This document shows, piece after piece, positions 1-12,789 of a DNA stretch of 64,000 nucleotides (its first letter is position 1; the number at the start of each line of letters is the position of its first letter). This DNA comes from Octopus vulgaris (Eukaryota). Location of the stretch: positions 58,218,001 to 58,282,000 of the forward strand of contig OX597825.1 of NCBI GenBank assembly GCA_951406725.2, written 5' to 3'. The position numbers and the translations under genes were made by a program. Under the pieces are notes generated by a model that was given only the letters and a program-made list of their open reading frames with translations, searched no databases and was not told where the DNA came from.

Positions 1-660
1 GTCTCCTTGTTTAAGTTAGTAAATGCTGCAATAATCCTTGCCTTCAGTTCATGTTTGGTTATATAAGGAGCTTTGTTGCTCTATCTCTCTCGATTGTGCC
101 CCACACATTACAATCAAGGGGGTTGCAGTCTGGGGAGTTGAGTGGTGATGTGTTTGCAGAAATTATATGGTAGCTATGACTGGATTTTCCTATATGTGTA
201 GCATGGTGCAGAGTCTTGTTGTCAGACATAGGGTTTTCCAGCAGCCACCCTCTTGACCCAAGGCTATCTCCTCCAGGCACTTGATACAGGCCTCCATGTT
301 GTGTGTGAGGCTGTATGGGAAGATGAATGAAGGCATAACATCGCCATCACTAGTGATCACTCCAAATACCATGATGTTGACTGGATGTTTGATTTTTATC
401 ACTCTCGATACCTGTTCATATTGGTACATTTTTGAATTGGAGCTTCCGGCACTTCATATTGGAGCTTTCAGTATGAATGCCAAACAGTACAGTATGTCAT
501 TTCCAAATTTCTGACAGAGTGAATTGTGTCATGGTGCTGTTTTTCTTACAGATGGTGCCCAAATAACCCTACTATACAGTGTAGTCAACAAAATTAAGAA
601 CAATGTGCATACACGAAATAAAAAATATAAAATGGCGACAAGTTACCCATCACACATTGT
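1..660 (-). mobile_element. Decayed Tc1/mariner-superfamily (maT/DD37D-like) transposon fragment
   Basis: Frameshifted minus-strand peptides KHPVNIMVFGVITSDGDVMP and QQDSAPC...SPDCNPLDCNVWG; abuts a (TA)n tract. Confidence 0.75.
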
Positions 661-683
661 ATATATATATATATATATATATA

Positions 684-852
684 TTGGTAAAACGGTAAGA
701 TAACAAAAGAAAGAAAGAGACCTCAATATTATGTAAATAGAGGAAATTTATCTATACAATGATATGTTACATTACTCGATAGTCAAGATAAAACTCTGAG
801 TTTCAGATGCCGAAGTGGAAATCCACAACACCATCTCTTTGGTTATCTGGCT
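684..852 (-). mobile_element. Short non-autonomous Penelope-like element in (TA)n with a degenerate hammerhead motif (786-848)
   Basis: Minus strand AGATAA-CCAAAGA-GATG..GTGGA/TCCAC..CATCT-GAAA-CTCAGAG-TT-TTATCT; flanked on both sides by TA repeats. Confidence 0.6.
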
Positions 853-954
853 ATATATATATATATATGTATATGTGTGAGTGTGTGTATGTGTGTGCAT
901 GTATGTGTGTGTATGTATGGATGTGTGTGTATGCATGTGTGTGTGTGTATGTAA

Positions 955-1723
955 GACCCGGCTAGCTAAGTGAGATCGTAGCCATAGCGATGTCATTGTC
1001 ACGTAACTGTCCCGTTTAAAAGTACACTTCAATTGTCAGGCAATATGCTGTGCTTGAGAAAACCTGTTGTGTCAAGTGAAATCATCATCGTGGCTGATGC
1101 CAGTGCTGCCTGACTAGCACCAATGCTGATGGTACATAAAAAACATATAGGGTGGTGAGCTGGCAGAAAACGTTAGCACGCCGGGCGAAATTTCTAGCAG
1201 TATTTCGTCTGCCGCTACCTTCTGAGTTCAAATTCTGCCAAGGTTAACTTTGCCTTTCATCGTTTCGGGGTCAATTAAATAAGAACCAGTTACGCACTGG
1301 GGTCAATATAATCGACTTAATCCGTTTGTCTGTCCTTGTTTGTCCCTTCTGTGTTTAGCCCCTTGAGGGTAGTAAAGAAATAGGTACATAAAAAGCATCA
1401 TTCGAGAGTGGCTGATGCCAGAGTCAGTGGCACGTAAAAAGCACCATTCGAAAGTGGTTGATGCTTGTGCCATGTGACTGGCTTTCATGCCGGTGCTATG
1501 TAAAGAGCACCATTTAAGCATGGTCGTTGCCAGAGCCGCCTGACTGGCACGTAAAAAGCACCCCTAGATTCTTGGAGTGGTTAGTATTAGGAAGGGCATC
1601 CAGCCATAGAAACCTCCTTGCCAGATCAGATTGGAGCTTGGTGCAGCCTCCTGGCTTGCTAGTCCTCAGTCAAACCGTCCAACCCATGCTAGCATGGAAA
1701 GCAGACGTTAAACAATGATGATG
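955..1723 (+). mobile_element. SINE-like repeat with RTE-type tail ending in (GAT)n, interrupted by a Nin-type SINE
   Basis: GGCACGTAAAAAGCAC subrepeats and a GGAAGGGCATCCAGC...CCAACCCATGCTAGCATGGAAA..(tga)n tail. Related copies at about 6655-7095, 17120-17435, 24880-25220(-), 50600-50840 and 58405-58740(-). Confidence 0.7.
1151..1383 (+). mobile_element. tRNA-derived SINE with Deu/Nin-like central domain
   Basis: GGTGAGCTGGCAGA head, GAGTTCAAATTC B-box, GCCTTTCATC.TTTCGGGGTC.AT.AAAT.AG.ACCAG core; many copies elsewhere in the window. Confidence 0.8.
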
Positions 1724-1799
1724 ATATGTGAGAGCATGCACATATGTTTGTGTGCATGCATATGTGTGTGTGGGGGGGGCATGTGTGTGTGTGTGTAAT

Positions 1800-2219
1800 A
1801 AGGTTACCTGAAATCAGCAGACATCCCACTGGTCATCTTCCGACAGGTCAGTAATACTGACCACTCCAAAGTATTCCATTTCTTTATTCTCTCTATACTT
1901 AACTCTCCCTCCCCCTATGTTCTCAATTACTATTTTCATATTTACTTTTACTTTCAGTTTTATTTCATTTTCTCCCTTCTTTTTCTTCTGCTGCTTTTTC
2001 TTTCTTCTACACTTTTCTATTTCTTTCTTCTTCTTCTTATACATACGTGCTTTTGTATTTTTCGTATATATATTTTTTGCTATTTAAGCAACCAGTAAAA
2101 CATACATTTTTCAGTTTGAAAAGAGCTACCTGAAGCTTGAAACTCATAAACAGAGTAACTCACTGTAAACATTATTATTAAAATAAAAATTATCCCCACA
2201 AAAAAAAAAAACTCATTTT

Positions 2220-2220
<1 letters not shown>
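1800..2220 (+). mobile_element. Penelope-like non-autonomous repeat, copy 1 (copy 2 at about 21610-21980), with degenerate hammerhead at 2123-2161
   Basis: Two near-identical copies, both next to TA/TG microsatellites; GAGCTAC-CTGAAG-ctt-GAAA-CTC-ataaaca-GAG-TA-ACTC. Confidence 0.55.
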
Positions 2221-2279
<59 letters not shown>

Positions 2280-2287
2280 ATTACTGT

Positions 2288-2493
2288 TTTACTGTTTTAC
2301 TTGTTTCAGTCATTTGACTGCGGCCATGCTGGAGCACCGCCTTTAGTCGAGCAAAATCGACCCCGGAACTTATTCTTTGTAAGCCCAGTACTTATTCTAT
2401 CGGTCTCTTTTGCCGAACCGCTAAGTGACGGGGACGTAAACACACCAGCATCGGTTGTCAGGCAATGCTAGGGGGACAAACTCAGACACACAA

Positions 2494-2524
<31 letters not shown>

Positions 2525-2695
2525 CATATATACGACAGGCTTCTTTCAGTTTCCGTCTACCAAATCCACTCACAAGGCATTGGTCGGCCCGGGGCTATAG
2601 CAGAAGACAATTGCCCAAGATGCCACGCAGTGGGACTGAACCCGGAAACATGTGGTTGGTTAGCAAGCTACTTACCACACAGCCACTCCTGCGCC
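2288..2695 (-). mobile_element. CORE-like tRNA SINE with internal (TA/TG)n, young copy
   Basis: Head GGCGCAGGAGTGGCTGTGTGGTAAG, B-box GGTTCAGTCCC, CORE-like CTTGGGCAA, tail GACTGAAACAAGTAAAA. Confidence 0.85.
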
Positions 2696-2708
2696 TTATA
2701 TACTCCTG

Positions 2709-2742
<34 letters not shown>

Positions 2743-2754
2743 ATATATATAGTG

Positions 2755-3074
2755 AGGGCGCGTGGCTTAGTGGTTAGGGCATTTGGCTCATGATCGTAAG
2801 GTTGTGAGTTCGATGCCCGGCGACGCGTTGTGTCCTTGAGCAAGACACTTTATTTCACGTTGCTCCAGTCCACTCAGCTGGCAAAAATGAGTTGTACTTG
2901 TATTTCAAAGGGACAGCCTTGTCACTCTCTGTGTCACGCTGATTATCCCCGAGAACTACGTTAAGGGTACACGTGTCTGTGGAATGCTCAGCCATTTGCA
3001 CGTTAATTTCACGAGCAGGCTGTTCCGTTGATCGTATCAGCTGGGACCCTCGTCGTCGTAACCGGCGGAGTCTT
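2755..3074 (+). mobile_element. tRNA-derived SINE (second family)
   Basis: A-box TGGCTTAGTGG, B-box GAGTTCGATGCC, GTGTCCTTGAGCAAGACACTT..TTGCTCCAGTCCACTCAGCTG body; CpGs intact; inserted in (TA)n. Confidence 0.8.
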
Positions 3075-3076
3075 TA

Positions 3077-3130
<54 letters not shown>

Positions 3131-3133
<3 letters not shown>

Positions 3134-3289
3134 GGAGTGGCTACGTGGTAAGTAGCTTGCTAACCAACCACATGGTTCCGGGTTCAGTCCCACTGCGTGG
3201 CATCTTGGGCAAGTGTCTTCTGCTATAGCCCCGGGCCGACCAATGCCTTGTGAGTGGATTTGGTAGACGGAAACTGAAAGAAGCCTGTC

Positions 3290-3335
<46 letters not shown>

Positions 3336-3540
3336 TTGTGTGTCTGAGTTTGTCCCCCTAGCATTGCTTGACAACCGATGCTGGTGTGCTTACGTCCCCG
3401 TCACTTAGCGGTTCGGCAAAAAGAGACCGATAGAATAAGTACTGGGCTTACAAAGAATAAGTCCCGGGGTCGATTTGCTCGACTAAAGGCGGTGCTCCAG
3501 CATGGCCGCAGTCAAATGACTGAAACAAGTAAAAGAGAGA
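3131..3540 (+). mobile_element. CORE-like tRNA SINE, inverted relative to 2288-2695
   Basis: Same family and diagnostic variants as 2288-2695. Other copies at about 5190-5715(-), 7790-8320, 12205-12355, 18615-19000(-), 23710-24110, 26820-27150, 27250-27628(-), 34620-34790, 44420-44580, 50015-50535 and 59173-59615. Confidence 0.85.
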
Positions 3541-3713
3541 GTATGTATATAAATATCACTAGATTAAAATAATTATGTTCAGCATCAGGACTCTGCCCCT
3601 CGATAAGTGGGCAAAGAAGCTGAGATGAGATTAAATGTTTGAGGTAGGTTATCATCATTCTACTGGATAATTGTAACTTTTTTTCTGTATCTATGTTCTC
3701 TGGTTTGAAGCTC

Positions 3714-3765
<52 letters not shown>

Positions 3766-3799
3766 CACTCACATATATATATATATATACACACATTTG

Positions 3800-4030
3800 A
3801 AAAGGATTGTGATTACTATCTTTCCTCCTGCATTCTTTTAGTTGATTCCACTTAATAGCAAGCATTTGTTCGAGATTAACTCTTTCCTTCTTTTATCTCT
3901 CATGGAATCCTGGAAAATAATTGTAGGAGATGCCCTTCCTTTTTCTACAAAGATAAAAAGACAGAGAAAGTACAACACATCCACTAGCAAGATTTGAAAA
4001 ATGTATCTATTGTTTGCCAGGTAAACATGT
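3800..4030 (-). mobile_element. Possible highly decayed hAT transposase C-terminal fragment
   Basis: Frameshifted peptides FSNLASGCVVLSL / VEKGRAS / RDKRR / NLEQMLAIKWN loosely resemble the hAT dimerisation domain. Confidence 0.25.
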
Positions 4031-4488
4031 TGGCAATTCAATTTCAAAAAGTCTGTCATTCAATCAAGGTACTATAAAGTGCTTTTTCCTATTTTAATTG
4101 TTCTTTTATCTCTGTGAAGTAATTTGTCAGTCAATCACTTAGCAGTAGCAGGATAGGTCATTTAGTAGCTTTACTTTTAATTCTTATTTAATTCATAAGA
4201 TTTACAGGTAGATGAATATGAAGAATATTGAAACAAGGCCAGAAAATAATTCATATTCCATTACCATCACTAACCACACTGACCAGCCTCAATTAACAAA
4301 GGGGCTTCTATGTGGTCAAAGGATCTACTAGAAACAGCTGTAAAATATCTCAGTCAACCAAGAAAAAAAGATAATACAACAATGGTGATTAAAAAAGATA
4401 TTTTGAAAATAAGGAAGTGACATGTGTTTATTGTCACATCCATACAGGCATACATGTATATATTTATAGATATATATGTTTATAAGTA

Positions 4489-4519
<31 letters not shown>

Positions 4520-4739
4520 CTGACTAATGATATTGAAACTTTGTTAAACTGCTATTTCTGTAGTTATTGCTGTTATTGATATTCTCCTTGCATCTGTTTA
4601 TAGTTGTATTGTTGTTGCTCTGTGTATTGTATCTTATATAATTCAACTGAATAGAGATGAAGATTCACCTGTCAGTTTTACACTGGTTTATACAATGATA
4701 ATCACAATTAAATGTTTGTAAATCTGTGTCAAGTTATTG

Positions 4740-4960
4740 TGGGATATGGTGGGAGTGACGTTCAGGTGATAGTGGTGGATGTGATGACAGCGGTGGTGGC
4801 AGCGATGGTTGTAGTGGTGATGGGTGTGGTAGAAGTGGTGGTAATGGTTGTAGTAGTAGGTAGTAGTGGTGATGGTTGTGATGGTGGCAGTTGTAGTGGT
4901 GACAGCTGTGATGATGATGATGACGAGGAGGAAGAGGAGGACCGGAGGAGGAAGAGGATG
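4740..4960. repeat. Degenerate (GGT/GAT/GTA/GAG)n trinucleotide low-complexity tract
   Basis: Seen directly; explains the spurious His/Thr/Val-rich ORFs. Confidence 0.85.
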
Positions 4961-5098
4961 TGACCAACTGCTAGGCAGGTAGATCTCCATGTTTTTTGGT
5001 TTCCTGGAAAACAAATAAAAAATTTCTAGCTTGTTTTGTATTTTTTTAAATCTTTTACTTGTTTCAGTCATTGCAGCACCACCAATGATATATATGTA

Positions 5099-5143
<45 letters not shown>

Positions 5144-5154
5144 GGGGGGTGTAC

Positions 5155-5190
<36 letters not shown>

Positions 5191-8100
5191 TTTATCATTT
5201 ACTTGTTTCAGTCACTGCACTGCGGCCATGCTGGAGCACTGCTTTTAGTCAAATCAAATCGACCCCAGGACTTATTCTTTGTAAGCCTAGTACTTATTCT
5301 ATCGGCCTCTCTTGCTGAACCGCTAATGTTATGGGGACTGAACATTTATGTTGGTGCATTTATGTCTCTGTAACTTAAAGGTTTGGCAAAAGAGACCGAT
5401 AGAATAAGTACCAGGCTTAGTAAAGACATAAGTACTAGGGTGGATTCATTTGAGTAAAGGTTGGTATAACTGTCTAAGGGCTAAAGTGATGTTGAGGATT
5501 GTCAAGTGATGTTGGGGGGACAAACACAGACACACAAACATATACACACACATACATATATATATACGACAGGCTTCTTTCAGTTTCCGTCTTCCAAATC
5601 CACTCACAAGGCTTTGGTCGGCCTGATGCTATAGTAGAAGACACTTGCCCAAGGTGTTACTGAACCCGGAACCATGTGGTTGGTAAGCAAGCTACTTACC
5701 ACACAGCCACCCCTACACCTATTATTATCACACTGTGTAACAGTGTGATAATGATATGGGTAATTCTTTTTTCTTATTTATTTCTTGAAGTATGGATAAT
5801 AATTTCAAATATGTTGCACATTTCTGGGATTCCTCAATATTAAGAATTACCAAGTAACTGCAATACAGTATTGTGCATTAGTCTGTGTAGACAATGAGAA
5901 TTGATTAAAATAGAATTTTTTTAAAAACTGAAATAATTCTGATTCACCATTCTCATGATAAAACAAATTAATTGGTGAAATGATATTTAAAGTTTGAAAT
6001 ATAAAAAAAAATAAAAGCAATGATAAAATACAAGATGCATAAAAAAAAACAAAAAACCTCCCAGATTCACAATTCTTGATAAACATTTCAACAACAAATG
6101 TATGTTATACAACAGTCCAAACCAAGATTATAACTTTAAAAAAATTGTAAAACATTAGCTATATGAAAACACTGTTACCATCTGCTAACTTTATTAGCAC
6201 CACATCAATAGCCTTGTAAAATATGGGAAGGATTTTCTGTTGCACTGTCAGTAAATAATGCTATATTTTCATTGGCAGGTGTAGGAGACAATTGTGGACT
6301 TGTTTCATCATCTTTAGAATTCTTCAACTGGTTTAGATTGATTCCTCACTGGAAGGAAGGTTATAAAGCTTTAGAAGACATAAAGTGGATATATTTGTCC
6401 AAAATTTTATTACCATTAATTGTGGAAAGCAGTTTTACCCCATGGCTTATGCTGTGAGAAGTGGAGACAATACCAATGACACTTTTTACATAAAACAATT
6501 TTTTAGATTTTCTAAATTTTTTCACAAATATTTAATCAAATATCTTTCTACAGAGCAAGAATCAAATACTTCTAGTGGTATATATAAAAATTGTATCTGC
6601 AGGAAATACTGAAAACATATTGCAGAAGCAGAAAATATCAATTCAGTTTTTTGGTGGATGAGACCTATTGAGTCAAGTACATTAACATCAAAAATCAAAT
6701 GGAAATTGTAGTTGTGATACCTAGGCAGGTGGCACGTAAAGCAGATGAGACCTATTGAGTCAAGTACATTAACATAAAAAATGATGCTGATGAATTAATA
6801 TCATTATAGGAATCGTGCCATGTTGAACTATGGGTCTGTACCAGTGCCGCCTTGACTGGCTTCCGTGCCAGTGGCATGTAAAGAGCACCAACCGATCGTG
6901 GCCATTGCCAGCCTCCCCTGGCACGTAAAAAGCACCCACTACACTCACAGAGTGGTTGGCGTTAGGAAGGGTATCCAGCTGTAGAAACACTGCCAGATCA
7001 GACTAGAGCCTGGTGCAGCCAGCTGGCTTCCCAGACCCCAGTCGAACCGTCCAACCCATGTTAGCATGGAAAACAGACAATAAAAAATGATGCTGATGAA
7101 TTAATATCATTATAGGAATCATGCCTGTTGCTATGGGTCTGTACTGCCCCTTCACTATTCAATATTGTACCCTCAGATTTACAATAATACACTTATTTCG
7201 AAACTTCAATTTAACATTATTACAAATTAGTAGCCACCCAAAATATTCTGAAGCACCCCTCAACACCAAAGTCTGGTCACAAGCCTGATAGGAATAACTA
7301 TGAAATTTAATTATGGAGCCAAAGGTTTAATGTACAGCTGCTGTGTTGTGTTGTGTTCCTCAGAAAATCAGATCATGCCGGAAAAAAATTGATCCTCCAA
7401 AGCAGTTGGATATTGTTTACAACCTTGTTCTAGCAATTCCTGTGGTGATGCCAGTACCAAATTGTAATGGCTGTACTGTTCCTTTGGATCCATCAGTGAT
7501 GTGGAGAGAGGGGACATGCTGTATGAGCAATGACCTGTCCTCCAAACCATATTGCCCAAGCCTGAATCTTATTAAATACCCTAAATAGAAGAGATAACAA
7601 TATTGTGGAGCATAATACGAGTGGGTCACACAACCAAGACTATCACCCATGGTCATTAATGAGAGACAGAAGCCAAAGATATGGTGCAAAACAGCCTTCA
7701 CTTCTATTAAAAGTTTGAGTCATAGGTTGGAGGAAGGAATGTTCAGCTGTCAAAACATGGTGAAAAAAATAAGCAAATATTCAAACACAGACACAGGCAT
7801 GGTTGTGTGGTAAGAAGTTTACTTCCCAACCACATGGTTCTGGGTTCAGTCTCACCATGTGGCACCTTGGACAAGTGTCTTTTACTATAGCCCTGGGCCA
7901 ACCAAAGTTTTCTGAGTGGATTTGGCAGATGGAAACTGAAGGTCTGTTGAATGTGTGTGTGTAAGAAGTTTACTTCCCAACCATATGGTTCTGGGTTCAG
8001 TCTCACTATGTGGTACCCTGGGCAAGTGTCTTCTACCATAGGCCTGAGCCAACCAAAACTTTGTGAGTGGATTTGGCAGATGGAAACTGAAGTTCTGTCG

Positions 8101-9718
8101 AATGTGTGTGTGTGTGTGTGTGTTTGTCCACCATTTGATGATTAGTGTTGGTTTGTTGACATCTCTGTAACTTAGTGGCTCAGCATAAAAAAACCAACAG
8201 AATAAGTACCAGATTAAAAAAAAAAAAAAAAGATGTGCACAGGATGGATTTGTTCATTCAACCCTGCAAGACAGTGCTCCAGTATGATTGCAGTCCAATG
8301 ACTGAAACAAGTAAAAGATAGAAGATATGCAAAAGTAAAAACTAAGGAAAATATGGTATTTTGTCTGTGTAACAAGAAATAGATAAAAATAAACAAGTCT
8401 CTGTCAAAAGGAACAAAACAAAGTGTAGTATAATGTTTTATTATAATTCATTTATAGTTAAAAGTACAAGAACAAAATTTTGAACAGAATAAGTTCAACT
8501 GACATTCAGAACAATCCTTTAAAAAAAAAACTCAAAATTTATTCAAGTATTTGGGTGAGAGAGTGTGTTAAATTTTGGTAAATAATTTTTCCATCACACT
8601 TAGATTGTCAGTTCCAGGTTTATGAAGATTGTTATTATGTTTGAGTATTTGCTCTTCAATATATCACAAGAGTTTTCATCATCACCAGAATGTTATAGGA
8701 ATTGTTTGAGAGATTTTATTCAAGAGGCAATATGGCTTGTACTTGGATTCATTACAGAGTTTTTTAAGAGGAACAGAAATTATAGGGTTTGTGGTTTATG
8801 CCAGTCTTAGGAGGTTCATTACTTGGTTTTTTTTTTTTTTTGAGTTTACTATAGAGTAGAAGAGGTATAAATGAAGTAGGGCTTTGGTGTTGTTAACAAA
8901 ATCATTATGGCCCAAAACCACAGAGGTTGAATTCACAATATGAACCAATGGGATTAAAAGAAGCAAAAAATCGCCTAAAAGAAAAAAACTGGTAAATTTT
9001 GCAATGCACCACTGTGCATTCTGTTTTAACATCTTACAGCTAGATCAACAGAGCCTTAAAGATAAACACAGAACAGCAAAGGTAACAGGATACAGCTCAA
9101 TCATTTAGCTGGTAGCCTCTTTTGTCTGTCCAACTCAGCAAACCCCTTCTGTTGTTTAAGGGTGTAAAGAATATGATGAATATAATGAAATGAAATGGCT
9201 ACAACTGGAAATTAAAACCATCTTGTTGCAGTTTCAGTTTGTTGGGAGAACTTGCAGCACTTGTCAATGTGGTTTGTATTAACATGTTTCAGCTTTCATT
9301 TTCACAGTAACAGCAACCACTAAAAACCAACAGGATGTACAAGGAAACCTCTACAAGCCAAAAGGTGACAATGTCATCACATACATAAACAGGAAGCCAT
9401 AACAACATATAGCAGTTTAATTCACTCAAACACTATCGCTGATCCCAGTAGAACTATAACTTGCCTGCCACCACATGGACATCTTCCTTATAACCTAAAG
9501 CTGGCTCATTATACAAATACAAAATCCACCCCTCTAAGATAACTGGTCTGACATAACACAGAGGTACCTCTAACAACTAAAAGCTATTCTGTTAACACAA
9601 ATTATACTGAACATTACAGTGAAAATGCTGGTCCATCGTCACTTAATACAGATAGAAATATGATGAAACTATCTTGTTTATAATTTCAACAGAAACCTTT
9701 CTAACATTTATCTTTTAA

Positions 9719-9938
9719 CCCTTTCATTACTGTATTTATTCTGAGATGCTCTGTGTCTCTTTCAATTATTTTAAATATAACAAAGAATTTAGTAAATAAC
9801 TTAGTTATCATTCAGCCAGTGTTAGGAATATTAATTGTGACTAAGGTTTGGTGGAAGATTTTAATTCAAAACTTATGAAAACAAGACATTTGTACTACAG
9901 AGCCAGAGCCGGTTTTGGCCGGGTTGGTAACAAAAGGG
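9719..9938 (+). mobile_element. piggyBac-like MITE
   Basis: TTAA|CCCTTTC.TTAC...GTAAC.AAAGGG|TTAA; same family at 49137-49352 and 51436-51657. Confidence 0.8.
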
Positions 9939-10854
9939 TTAATATCATATATCATGTACATACATGATTACCATTAACAAACCAACCACTGAGAAGTTAT
10001 ATTTTATACTACTTCTATCATATCAGAGGAGAAAGGACAATATCCAAGACCTTTTCAGGATTTCCGAGAATGGTAAAGAAAAGAGACTGGAAACCTCAAC
10101 AGATGTCCATCATGTTTAGAACAAAAAATAAGCAAATATTCTACAGCTACTGAAGATACAGGTGGTGGTGTTAAACTGAGTAGTAGATTGGGTATATAAC
10201 TAAAGAACTGGTATTTTCCTTCCAGCAAACTGCTACACCAGTGGCTATGATAAAAAGATACCCAAAGAGCTGGCCTATGGGATAGAACCCAAGCTATGTA
10301 ATTTCAAAACAAACTTCTTAACCACATGGCCATGCCTACATCTATTCATAATCACATAGCTATGCCTGTTTCTGATTCACTACTGATAAATGGTTAGAAT
10401 TTCATCATACACACTTCAGAAACCCATTCCTAGAAAGCATTGGATGTCAGTAGACATTACTCTTTCACTGTGGTCAGTGCCAAAAATATCCAGACAATAA
10501 CAACAAAAGATATGATTAACTGTTTAGAAGAGATTATTTAACTCTGTTCTAAACTGCGAAGAATTAATTTTGAAATATCAAAATAATTAGATAAAAACAG
10601 TAAGAATCAAAATACAAAAGAGGACACGTTATTTGAATATAGACCATCATCATTTTCTGTTCACCTTTTATGATGGCATAGGTTAGACAGGTTATCATAA
10701 TTGAAATCAGCAAATATTTGGGAGTACTGCTCACCTAGATGGTTTAGGGAATCTAGTTTCACTCATGTTTCATTTTTGGCAAGGTTTCTAAGGTTGGATG
10801 TCCTTTTAAATAACACACACATAGATTTATTTTATAAAGGACACATACATGCTT

Positions 10855-10915
<61 letters not shown>

Positions 10916-12378
10916 AGGTTACATGCTGCTTGAGTATTTAGGGTATAAGCCATACATTCAAATCTTTAGTCAAAAGTTTATATGTATCATTAGTTGCTCA
11001 CAGTAAAAATGTTTTTTTCCTCAAATAACCATTAAGAACATTTGGGAAATAATGGTTTCAGTTATTTGTTGATTACATCTGACATTTGTCAAGCATGTAT
11101 ATATATATATGTACACATGTGTGTATACATCTACACACACACACACACACCGTTGAAAGGCATGCTGTTGCCTTAGTTTTTGTCTGAGAAAATCTCTTCA
11201 CAGACATGCTGTGTTAAAATACAATACATGTAAGTTCCAGAAATGACGCATAACAATATCAGATTCATTTCCATTTCAACTTCCTTGGTCCTTGTCAACG
11301 ACGTGTATCGGCTAGTCTCGTGTCACAATAAAAACTGTCCCCTCAAGTCTGATAATGTGCACAAGGACAAAGAGAGATAAATTGAGACTTTTGTCAAATA
11401 TTGTAAATAGAACAAATCAGCTGGGTGAAGCCATACCTTTTCTACATTGGACGTAACTAGAAGATCTTAATTTAGTTGTATAATGCTGCATTGACAGCCT
11501 TTTCCCCTACTTTCTTTTTGCTTGCTGCTACTATGGTCATGTAGCTTTGTAATTAGTGTATGAACTTTCAATACTTGTTTATTTACAACTGAATAGAACT
11601 CGAAACAATGGAATGAATTGTATGCTTGTGTATTGTAGTTACTGACTCAGCATAGTGCTTTTAGTATAATACAAACTGTTAGCTATTCAGATGGTAGACC
11701 AACACTTACTAACTCAGCAAACTTCAACATTCTCACAGAGAGAGAGAGAGAGAGAGAAAGAGGGAGTGTGTGTGTGTGTGTGTTGAGCATAGCACAGTCT
11801 TACATATTACTAATTTGTGAAAACATTAAAGTACTCAATATTTATTTGTAGAGAAATTTCAGATTTACTATATGCGTAATTATATTTAAAACTCCAACAA
11901 CAGCATAATTATTATATACATATACATATACATATATATATATACATAAATTGTGACTGCTAGTGCAGGGCAACACCTACATTTCACAAATAAAAGTAAA
12001 AGTAATCAATATGTACTAGTAGGTATAATTATTCATTGGTACACAGCTGGTGCTTTGCTCCATCTGTACACATGTTAACTCCAACAAAAATTCTTTATGC
12101 TTGAACGAGCATGTAGAGTAGGAAACACCAGGTAGCAATGGAGTGAAATGGAGTGAAATGCCAGTAATGTGTGTGTATTTATAAAATGTATATGTATAAA
12201 AGTATAGCTGTGTGGTAAGAAGCTTGCTTTCCAACTACATGGTTCCAGGTTCAGTCCCACTGCATGGTACTTTCGGCAAGAATCTTCTACTATAGCCTCG
12301 GGCCAACCAAAGCCTTGTGAGTGGATTTGGTAAATTGAAACTTTAAGAAGCCCATTATATATATATATATATATATAT

Positions 12379-12414
<36 letters not shown>

Positions 12415-12674
12415 TATACTGTCAACTTAACATGACTCCCATAAAGGGAATCACACCACCACTATTTTGCCCTAGGAAGCATCAACGCTTCCTGTCGGCC
12501 TTGACACATTTCCTGTGTCCTTATGTTTACAAAGGGGAGACAAGCACCCCTAACAGCTAAGCCTGCATTCAGAGATATATTTCTGAGTCTTGCTTGTCAT
12601 CAGTTTGGAGCAGCAAGGCCTGCAGCTGAAGATACCTGTCTAGACTTTGTAAACATATATATATAGATATATTT

Positions 12675-12789
12675 TCAGTGAAGTATATTCACTGATCACC
12701 AAAATTAGAAATGTTAAATTTAGAAATTTAATATTTAATTCTAAATTTAATATTTCTAATTTTGGTGATCAGTGAATATACTTCACTGA
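12675..12789. repeat. Near-perfect inverted repeat (about 51-bp arms, 13-nt loop)
   Basis: tcagtgaagtatattcactgatcaccaaaattagaaat(g)ttaaatttagaa pairs with its reverse complement with one mismatch. Confidence 0.9.

Noticed and set aside
2755-2825. tRNA-like sequences with A and B boxes (also 21330-21396 and 26120-26188)
   Set aside because: They are SINE heads continuing into SINE bodies, without a complete cloverleaf.
4688-5071. His/Thr-rich and Val/Asp/Glu-rich ORFs
   Set aside because: Trinucleotide low-complexity tract open in several frames.
6210-6480. Minus-strand open stretches with a ccttccttccag acceptor-like site
   Set aside because: All three frames after the acceptor stop within 12 codons and no protein is recognisable.
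6786-6830. CTGATGA at 6787 and 7092 as possible hammerhead cores
   Set aside because: No helix II or GAAA; derived from a (GAT)n SINE tail.
10027-10071. Possible plus-strand micro-exon (EKGQYPRPFQDFREW) bounded by AG and GTAAAG
   Set aside because: No partner exons or recognisable homology; could be chance.
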